In this document: piece after piece, positions 48,408 to 56,035 of the stretch | How positions within the stretch are numbered: position 1 is the first letter of the stretch | Layout of the letters: every line of letters starts with the position of its first letter | Translations under genes and position numbers: made by a program | Origin: Candidatus Thorarchaeota archaeon SMTZ1-45 | GTDB lineage: Archaea > Asgardarchaeota > Thorarchaeia > Thorarchaeales > Thorarchaeaceae | Assembly: GCA_001563335.1 (NCBI GenBank) | Contig: LRSL01000019.1 | Span: 1 to 58,929, forward strand | Length of the DNA stretch: 58,929 nt | Direction: 5' to 3' | The notes under the pieces: generated by a model | Told to the model about the DNA's origin: nothing | What the model saw: only the letters and a program-made list of their open reading frames with translations | Database searches by the model: none

Positions 48408-49468
48408 TGGTCGATGTTGAACTCAGAGGACTGGTGAGAGAGTTTGACGATGGCTCAAAAATCGGACCAATCGACCTTCATGTGAGAGATGGTGAGCTAC
48501 TGACACTGCTTGGTCCAAGTGGTTCTGGAAAGACAACTACACTTAGAATGGTTGCAGGATTTATCGAGAATGTTGGGGGAAGTCTACTCTTTGATGGAAA
48601 AGACATGGTGAATGTTCCACCACGTGAACGAAACATAGGAATGGTATTCCAATCAGTTGCTCTGTTCCCAAATATGACAGTCTATGAGAATATCTCGTTT
48701 GGACCAGATATGGCAGGTTGGACAAGAGAGAAGACAGTTGAACGTGTTGAAGAATTAGCGGATCTTTTAGGTATCCGAAGGTTGCTACTGAGAAAAATAT
48801 CTGAAGTCAGTGGTGGAGAGGCTCAGCGTATTGCTCTTGCACGAGCACTCGCGACAAATCCGAAACTCCTCCTGCTTGATGAACCCTTGTCAGCACTAGA
48901 TCCGCAACTAAGAGAACGCCTTCAATCAGAGATACGTCGTATTCAAAGAAAGCTAAAAGTAACTACAATCTATGTCACTCATAGTCAAGACGAAGCATTC
49001 GCAATCTCGGATAGAGTAGCAATCCTAGAAGATGGAGTTGTAAGTCAAGTTGGTACTCCAGAAGAACTCTACGATTCACCAAGGAATGAATTTGTAGCTA
49101 GATTTCTAGGAAGTGGGAACATCTTCTCAGGTCAAATTACAGAAGTTAATGGTGGGAAACTCAAAATCTTGGTCAATGACAATTTGTTTGAAATCCCAGG
49201 TAAAGGAGTTGCTAATTCTCAAATCACCTTTAGTGTCAAACCAGAAGATGTACTAGTATCTGATTCAACACCATTGAATTGGACAAAGGCAACTTTAGTT
49301 TCGATTACTCCGCAAGTCGGTTCGTTCAAGGTAACCATTGACTTCAATGGGATTCATATAATTGCCCTTACGTATGATGAAGATTTGGTCAAGCGGTTGA
49401 GATCTAATGGTGAAAGGACAATTGCTTTTGCTTTTAGGTCTGAATCAATCATCATCCTCAGTGGGTGA
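48407..49468 (+). CDS. thiQ: ABC transporter ATPase (ThiQ/PotA-like)
   Basis: GPSGSGKTT, VSGGEAQR, LLLDEP and VTH motifs; TAATG overlap with the permease. Confidence 0.85.
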   Translation: MVDVELRGLVREFDDGSKIGPIDLHVRDGELLTLLGPSGSGKTTTLRMVAGFIENVGGSLLFDGKDMVNVPPRERNIGMVFQSVALFPNMTVYENISFGPDMAGWTREKTVERVEELADLLGIRRLLLRKISEVSGGEAQRIALARALATNPKLLLLDEPLSALDPQLRERLQSEIRRIQRKLKVTTIYVTHSQDEAFAISDRVAILEDGVVSQVGTPEELYDSPRNEFVARFLGSGNIFSGQITEVNGGKLKILVNDNLFEIPGKGVANSQITFSVKPEDVLVSDSTPLNWTKATLVSITPQVGSFKVTIDFNGIHIIALTYDEDLVKRLRSNGERTIAFAFRSESIIILSG

Positions 49469-50584
49469 CTCTGTGAAATCTCCGGGCGGTGGAGGTATGT
49501 GATCACCTCGTATGGGTTTTTCATCGTCAGGGGGTGGTGGTATATGCTCATGAATTGGTGCAGGAGGCTCTTCAAGCTCAAGCTCGGATACTGTTTCAAC
49601 CTCTAGCTTATCTTCTTCTTCAACTTGAGATTCTAAAGACATAGAGGGAGCTTGATCTACCATGAGCAATTCACGATCCACTAAAGCCAAGACCTGACTA
49701 CGAATATAGTTAGGAGAGTTGACCATATCAGGGACATCAAACTTGGTTGTAAGATAGCGCATCATGGAAAGAGTTGCTCTCTCTTTAAACGCCATAAAGA
49801 CAAGTGTGAAATTGAGAACTATTGAAAATAGCGGACCAAGTGGGACTATAATAATGAAGATAGGAACCCAAGGAGCTTCAAGACCAACATTCATAGTAAG
49901 CTCTAACCAAACGAGAATAATATCCACTCCTGCAAAGAACTCTAGAATATCTTCTACATCATCTCCGACATTGCTAAGAGACCGATCTCGTGTATCTAGA
50001 TGAAACAACCCAGAGTCTTTCATTAACCAAGGTCCAAAGTAAAGCAACATTATTGTAAATGGTAGAATAGCTACACTAGCAACCATTAACCAAGTGCCTA
50101 TAAAAATCAAGCCTCCGGTGTCAAGTTCAACCATCAGTTCGAATCCAAGAAGTGTAAGTGCAATCCCAACAATGAGTACCGAGCCATAGAGAGACCTTCT
50201 AAACACAGTCCCCAAGTTCTCATCATCCGGTTCGGGGGACAGGTAATAGTCACCAGTATGATGTTTTGCACGTCTGTGAATTAGAAGTGGTAGACTTACT
50301 GTTCGAGGCCATTTTACAATGATGCCACATAACAAAACTGCTAGAATTATGGAACCAGCTGAGGCGGCCAACATATACATCGTGTATGGGATAAATCTAG
50401 AGGTATCAAAACTATATACTCCAGAGAAATTCAACAGAGAGAGTAACCCCCATGTTGAAGCGAGCATGATCAATGTTGATGCAGCAAGTCCGAGAATTAA
50501 TTTACCTGCACTCAGACTCTCAACCTCATCAAATATCTGTTTATACGGACTGGTGTATTTCGTTTGCGTTTCCATAATCAGCAA
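49445..50584 (-). CDS. Membrane protein with acidic, Pro-rich C-terminal tail
   Basis: About 6 TM segments; tail contains HIPPPP twice. Confidence 0.7.
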   Translation of the reverse strand: MLIMETQTKYTSPYKQIFDEVESLSAGKLILGLAASTLIMLASTWGLLSLLNFSGVYSFDTSRFIPYTMYMLAASAGSIILAVLLCGIIVKWPRTVSLPLLIHRRAKHHTGDYYLSPEPDDENLGTVFRRSLYGSVLIVGIALTLLGFELMVELDTGGLIFIGTWLMVASVAILPFTIMLLYFGPWLMKDSGLFHLDTRDRSLSNVGDDVEDILEFFAGVDIILVWLELTMNVGLEAPWVPIFIIIVPLGPLFSIVLNFTLVFMAFKERATLSMMRYLTTKFDVPDMVNSPNYIRSQVLALVDRELLMVDQAPSMSLESQVEEEDKLEVETVSELELEEPPAPIHEHIPPPPDDEKPIRGDHIPPPPGDFTESPTEDDD

Positions 50585-50762
50585 CCGAAATCTATTGACG
50601 TATCTGACTCATAAGCCTTCTTCACGCCTAATGGAGTCATATTCTGTCATAATATCTAACACAATAACAATCATATACCACAAAAAAGGAATAACGAATA
50701 CGCTGGCTAGAAACCATAAACATCCAGCATTACATGTTCAACGAGTAGCGTAGTGATCGATC

Positions 50763-51680
50763 ATGGTAGTTGGCTACGAGGTATTAGAAGATGGGACCCT
50801 GAATGAGGTCGAGTTGTCCAAAGATGATCTTGATTCAACAAAGGTAGTATGTGTTGTCGACGACGAAACAAAAAGCATCTATCTATGGAAAGGGACCCAA
50901 GCAGGTATCAGGAGGAAATTCATTGGTGCAAGAGTTGCTACAAACCTGAGAACTGAATATGGATTTCACTTCAAGGTACGGCCACTTGATGAAGGAGAAG
51001 AACCACCAACTTTCTTCACTGCATTAAATGGAACTACAGCAGCCGAAAGAGTACTGAAACCCGGTGAGCCAGCACCACCACCTAAACCACCAAAGCCAAA
51101 GACAGAACCAACTGCAGAACCAACTCCATCAGTATCTGCGCCTCCAAAACCACAACCTACAGAACCAACACCACAGCCTACAACTGCATCAATGCCACCA
51201 CCAAGACCACCAACAGCAACTCCAACAACTTCGCCAAGACCACCAACAACATCAATGAAAACAGCTCCATCTGCAGAGATCCAGGCGATGATTAGTGAGC
51301 TAGAAACTGTTGATCCTCCTGAAGGCTATCAGAGGGAGTTATTGATTGTCTATAATGAGCTATTCACTGTTGCAGAACATAAAATCACAGTATTTGGACA
51401 AGAGAAAGTAGAGAGGAAATTTGAGAAAGTTAGAGATCCACCAGAAGGAACATTCATGGCGGAGGGCTTTATCCCTCGTGTCATAGTAAAGGATGGAAGA
51501 GTACTTGGAATTGAATTATTGAAGGGAACACCAGACGCCATTCTGAGCCCCATAAAGGCAGAGATGAAAGAGCGTCTTGGAGACTTAATTAGCTTCTTTA
51601 GGTCAGAGCTCGAAGAAGAATCAGAAGCTGATGCTAAGAAGAAAGGGAAAGCAAAAGGTAAGAAGCTTGTTGCTAAATAA
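50763..51680 (+). CDS. Single-domain gelsolin-like protein with Pro/Thr-rich linker and C-terminal domain (1DGelX-like architecture)
   Basis: DLDSTKVVCVVD...IYLWKG..A...KFIGARVA..L...DEGEEPPTFF gelsolin signature. Confidence 0.82.
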   Translation: MVVGYEVLEDGTLNEVELSKDDLDSTKVVCVVDDETKSIYLWKGTQAGIRRKFIGARVATNLRTEYGFHFKVRPLDEGEEPPTFFTALNGTTAAERVLKPGEPAPPPKPPKPKTEPTAEPTPSVSAPPKPQPTEPTPQPTTASMPPPRPPTATPTTSPRPPTTSMKTAPSAEIQAMISELETVDPPEGYQRELLIVYNELFTVAEHKITVFGQEKVERKFEKVRDPPEGTFMAEGFIPRVIVKDGRVLGIELLKGTPDAILSPIKAEMKERLGDLISFFRSELEEESEADAKKKGKAKGKKLVAK

Positions 51681-51720
51681 ATCTGAGAAATAAAAACTGT
51701 ATGAAAAAGAGGTAAATTAA

Positions 51721-52110
51721 ATGTCATCTCATCTCGATCCTGCAAAGGAAAAGGAACTTGTTGAGCTATTGATGGGTCTCACTAATTATGCTGACCTTGA
51801 TGCGATAGCTGTTGTGAGTAAACAGGGAGTGAAGCTCGCCTATTTTGCTACTGAAGACTCTGAGGCAGACCCAGATTTGATGGCTGCAGTCAGTGCGGCA
51901 CTCTTGATGACTGGAGATATGGCTGCAAGTAAACTTGAGCTGAGTGATCTCTATGAAGTCGTTGTTCGTGGAAAGGATGGCTTTGTAGTTCTCTCTCATG
52001 CTGGAGAATTCTTGCTTATGGGTTCAGCCAAAGATTTGACATCGATGGGTTTGGCTGTGACTCAGATGAGGAAGTATGCCAAAGAAGTCGGAGAACTTTT
52101 GGGTCAATAG
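51721..52110 (+). CDS. Roadblock/LC7 (MglB/LAMTOR-like) protein
   Basis: AIAVVSKQG, MAAVSAALL..G, EVVVRGKDGFVVL and MGLAV pattern. Confidence 0.88.
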   Translation: MSSHLDPAKEKELVELLMGLTNYADLDAIAVVSKQGVKLAYFATEDSEADPDLMAAVSAALLMTGDMAASKLELSDLYEVVVRGKDGFVVLSHAGEFLLMGSAKDLTSMGLAVTQMRKYAKEVGELLGQ

Positions 52111-52185
52111 TTCTACTCGGATTGATAGGTCTGTACGAGGTATTCATATTACAGGTCTTCATTAAGAATTATAGTAGAGCAAGAC

Positions 52186-52602
52186 TTGGTTGTCGCGAAC
52201 TTGAAGGGCATAATAGTGTTTGATGAAGCAGGGATTCGGCAAGCATCAGTGGGTCTTGAAGATATACATCTCAATCAAGAGTTGTTTGGCTCATTCATGT
52301 CAGCAATTCAAGCTTATGCCCGAAGATCAATAGGTAGTGAAATGAAAGGACTTACCTATAGTAGTGTTCGATTGATGATGGGGAGAGCAGGTGAAAATTA
52401 TGTTGTCACCTTACATTCAGTAGATGATCAAGATGCAGAGTGGAACCATAGAGCAACTTTGCGAGTCGTTGAGGGAGATGGATTCAGACTAAATAATCAA
52501 TACTTGGAAATCCTTAGAGAACTCCTAACAGAGGAGAAACTTTCTGTCGATGAGGCGGAAACTCTAACAATGATTAGAAGTAATAATAGCTATAACGCGT
52601 AA
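52186..52602 (+). CDS. Longin/roadblock-like domain protein
   Basis: GIIVFDEAG...LFGSFMSAIQAYA...GSEMKGL, typical of Asgard longin-type domains. Confidence 0.6.
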   Translation: MVVANLKGIIVFDEAGIRQASVGLEDIHLNQELFGSFMSAIQAYARRSIGSEMKGLTYSSVRLMMGRAGENYVVTLHSVDDQDAEWNHRATLRVVEGDGFRLNNQYLEILRELLTEEKLSVDEAETLTMIRSNNSYNA

Positions 52603-52674
52603 TTCTTGGTAATAAGGACACCAAACTGCAATATTGCTAAATAGGGCAACATGCTCAAGTAATTTGGTCAATAT

Positions 52675-53946
52675 ATGGAAGCTGCCGGATTCATTATCCT
52701 TGGTCTATTTGTAGCAGTTCTTCTCATAATACTGAGTGAGAGGGTAAACGATACTGCAGCAGCTCTTCTAGGCTTTGGAATATCAGCATGTGTGATTTAT
52801 TTCATGCAGGGTATTTCGTTCGTTGATTTTGCGAGCACAATAGGATGGGACATAATCCTCTTCGTGGCATCCATGATGATTATTGTATCAGTCGTTGCAT
52901 CATCAGGTCTCTTCCAATATGTTGCATTGATATTAGCAGAAAGGACTGCAGGCAATCCCAAACGTGTTTTCAAATATTTCATGGTACTTGTCTTCGTTAT
53001 TTCTTTGTTCTTTGATCCATTACCTACAATGCTCATAGTTAGTGCGTTCACAGTACAAGTCTGTAATTCAATTGATGTTGATTTCAGACCTTATTTAATA
53101 AGTGAAGCAGTTGTTGCATGTCTAGCATCATTCCCAACACCAATTGGATCAATCACGAACCTCGTGATTGTGTTCCTTGCAGAAATCAATACAGGGTTGA
53201 TGTTTTTCTCATTACTACCACTTTCAGTGATTCTCTTTATCACCACTCTGATTTACATGATGAGGAAATATTCTGATATTATCGATGATACGATAGAGAG
53301 AGACCTTACCGATTTGTTTGCAATAGACCCGAATATCACCATTCGTTCAAGGTTTGATCTAATAGCTGCATGTATTGGAATGACTGTCCTTATTTTTGGC
53401 ATAATAATTCTCCCAGAACAGTCCTCAATGATTGCTCTTGTTGTTGCTGCGGCACTTTTAATTCCAACTAGAGAGAGGGCTCGTGATCTGTTTAGAAGAC
53501 TATCATGGGATTCTGTTTTTTTCCTCGCTGGAATGATGGGAATTGTTCAGGCATTGGTTATAACAGGAGTCATTCAAGATATTGCAGGTGGACTCCAAGG
53601 AATTGCAGAAGCAAATGAATTCCTAGCTATAGTCGCAATGATATTTATTCCAGGAGGATTGATGGCACCAGTTGATGCAAAAGCAGTTGGTATTCTAATG
53701 GCGCCTGCGGCTAAACAGCTAACGACTGTAAATCCAATGATACCAATATCTCTTACCTTGGGAACTAACTCTGGCGGCTATGTGATACCTTTTGGAGATG
53801 CTCCAAACATAGTGGTTGTATCAGTTTCTGAACAGAACCTAAAACCGCTTAGCTGGGCTGAATTCAATAGAATTGTGATTCCACTTGGTGTTCTACATTT
53901 AATCATCTCGACTATTTATTGTGCGTTTATTGCTTTATTATTCTAG
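52675..53946 (+). CDS. ArsB/NhaD (IT superfamily, SLC13/P-protein-like) permease
   Basis: SSGLFQYVA, TPIGSITN, WDSVFFLAG and TNSGG...PFGDAPNIV motifs. Confidence 0.85.
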   Translation: MEAAGFIILGLFVAVLLIILSERVNDTAAALLGFGISACVIYFMQGISFVDFASTIGWDIILFVASMMIIVSVVASSGLFQYVALILAERTAGNPKRVFKYFMVLVFVISLFFDPLPTMLIVSAFTVQVCNSIDVDFRPYLISEAVVACLASFPTPIGSITNLVIVFLAEINTGLMFFSLLPLSVILFITTLIYMMRKYSDIIDDTIERDLTDLFAIDPNITIRSRFDLIAACIGMTVLIFGIIILPEQSSMIALVVAAALLIPTRERARDLFRRLSWDSVFFLAGMMGIVQALVITGVIQDIAGGLQGIAEANEFLAIVAMIFIPGGLMAPVDAKAVGILMAPAAKQLTTVNPMIPISLTLGTNSGGYVIPFGDAPNIVVVSVSEQNLKPLSWAEFNRIVIPLGVLHLIISTIYCAFIALLF

Positions 53947-54019
53947 ATATTCGTTAATCCTCATCGTAAAAAGGCATAATTATGATTTAATCATCGATTA
54001 CTTCCAAGGCGGGGCTTCT

Positions 54020-55687
54020 ATGGTTAGGAATCTATATCTAAACTTCTTGTTCAAGAAAGAAATCACAAGAGTTGAACCTGAATCGGATAGCGTTTGTCTA
54101 GCTGCTGCGCTTGCATCTGCAGACTCATCCAAAGGGCATCATGCGAGAATTGTTAGTTTAAGCAGTGTGTCATTCCCATTCTGGATTGTGCAGACATCAC
54201 CGACGAAATCAATAGTACTCAGTGCAACCAGCAGTAGCAGAAAGGAGTTCAATTTCACCGATATGAAAGGAGCTAATGAAGTAAAGAGAATAATTAGCTC
54301 TGAACTGTCCCAAGCAACTGATATATCGAATGTTGCTTTAAAGATACAGCCACTCCTTGAGAATGTTGAAAGCCACGCAGCAGACATTGCAAATATAGTA
54401 GACCCCTCATTCATCAAAGCAATCGGAAGTTTCATTCACGTTTCTGATCCCTCTGCGGCACCCAATAGAATCGAGATTGCTATAGACTCAGCAGCTGCGT
54501 TAAAGAGAACAGAAGAATTCAGAAAAATTTCCGAATCTACAAAGCTAAGAATAGAATCTGCAGAAACTCTTGAGAAGTTGATTAGGGAGAATTTTGGTGT
54601 ACAAACCTCGATTCTAGATAATATCACAAAACTGGAACATGAGCGAGGGATTGAGCGTGTCCAGACGATGGAGGATAGAACAAAGCAAGAGATTGTGAAA
54701 CTTACGAAGGAAAAAAATGACAAACTCTATGAATTGGGCGAGAAACACAAGATGAATCTCCGAGCCATGACCGCAGACTTTTCAAGATCTATGAACGATC
54801 TTGAACAGTTCTTCACAAATATTATTGATGAAATAAGAAATGCGAGATCCAAAATAAGTGAGAAAGAGGCTGATACTGAAGGTGCAATAGAGGTATACAG
54901 CAACCTAGTAGACTCTCTCAAGAATACGATATCGAAAAGTCAGCAGCCCTTAGATATGATGGAAGTGAAAAAGACTGATTTACAGAAGAGTGTGGCTGAA
55001 GCTCGAACAAAGTATGAAGCAGACAGAATAAAAGCTGAAGCTATGTTGCAAACAGAAATCCAAGAGCGTCAGAAAAGAATCGATGACGTAAGGAATGAAA
55101 TGGAAATTAAAGCTAAGGAGCTCGATAACCTCAAAGCTCAGGTGAAAGCTGCAATAACGAAAGCTGAGCATTCAATTGAGAATAGAGTCTTAGAGTTTCA
55201 ACAGGAGTTCCTTGATTTAATGAACTGGACAATAGATAATGATTCGATCAGAAACCTTGCTCCGTTGACACTTCTCGACATACACACCTACGTGGTAAAA
55301 TATGAAGACCAATCTCACAAAATCCTCACTCCCCGTTTCATTCCTGAAGAGAGCCTCCTAAATGTGGGAACAGGTGATGCCTTGAGCAATGAGTTTGATG
55401 CTGCTATTAATCAGTTGATAGATGATTGGTTGAAGAACGATCGTTCATTCAAAGAATCCTTCAATCACACCTGTATGAAGGGGAATATGCTATTGGATCC
55501 AGAGGCGGAGCAAATACTAGTTGAGGGATTGGAAGAACTTCTAAGAAGAAGGCTTTTACAGCGCGACGACATTGAAAGATTACTAACTCTATGGAGCAAA
55601 TACTCATCAAAATGCCCGAAGTGTGGAGCAGTGGTTGAAGCAGGTGCACAGTTCTGTCAAAAGTGTGGGATGGAATTAACAAGTTAG
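54020..55687 (+). CDS. Long coiled-coil protein with C-terminal zinc ribbon
   Basis: About 270-aa heptad-rich centre; CPKCG...AQFCQKCG; likely start ATG 54020. Confidence 0.8.
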   Translation: MVRNLYLNFLFKKEITRVEPESDSVCLAAALASADSSKGHHARIVSLSSVSFPFWIVQTSPTKSIVLSATSSSRKEFNFTDMKGANEVKRIISSELSQATDISNVALKIQPLLENVESHAADIANIVDPSFIKAIGSFIHVSDPSAAPNRIEIAIDSAAALKRTEEFRKISESTKLRIESAETLEKLIRENFGVQTSILDNITKLEHERGIERVQTMEDRTKQEIVKLTKEKNDKLYELGEKHKMNLRAMTADFSRSMNDLEQFFTNIIDEIRNARSKISEKEADTEGAIEVYSNLVDSLKNTISKSQQPLDMMEVKKTDLQKSVAEARTKYEADRIKAEAMLQTEIQERQKRIDDVRNEMEIKAKELDNLKAQVKAAITKAEHSIENRVLEFQQEFLDLMNWTIDNDSIRNLAPLTLLDIHTYVVKYEDQSHKILTPRFIPEESLLNVGTGDALSNEFDAAINQLIDDWLKNDRSFKESFNHTCMKGNMLLDPEAEQILVEGLEELLRRRLLQRDDIERLLTLWSKYSSKCPKCGAVVEAGAQFCQKCGMELTS

Positions 55688-55878
55688 GGTTGTTTCACAT
55701 TTTCAGTGAATGAAGAGTCAGCTAATGTAACCATTCCACTCTCGTATATGGTGACTATAATCTCAACCGTTCCAGTAGCGTTAAAGCCTAAGAGTAAAAC
55801 TCATCCAAAGGTCACTCCAAGAAGTCCTTCTCAATACTAGTGGAGTTTTAGCAGAAGTAATATATCCAGTTTATTTTA

Positions 55879-56035
55879 CTCCTTGCCAGTTCGCTAGGCG
55901 GCTAAGGAGAGGAAGGTCCTTTGCACGCGTTGTCCAACACGTAATGCATGACGCATGGGATATTGCTACCATATTGTGCATGGTTTGTCATTCACCTTCC
56001 TCTACTTGACGTCAAGAGAGGAGGAACATTCGCAT
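55879..56035 (+). promoter_or_regulatory. Structured 5' leader (candidate cis-regulatory RNA)
   Basis: Several stems, including a 10-bp perfect pair 55908-55917/55994-56003 that competes with an SD-sequestering hairpin at 55998-56022. Confidence 0.45.

Noticed and set aside
51060-51270. CCA/ACA-rich stretch as a DNA tandem repeat or CRISPR
   Set aside because: No fixed repeat-spacer period; it is explained by Pro/Thr codons.
55905-55921. GAGGAAGGTCC resembles the RNase P RNA P4 motif GAGGAAAGUCC
   Set aside because: No matching 3' P4 strand was found and the available non-coding space is too short.
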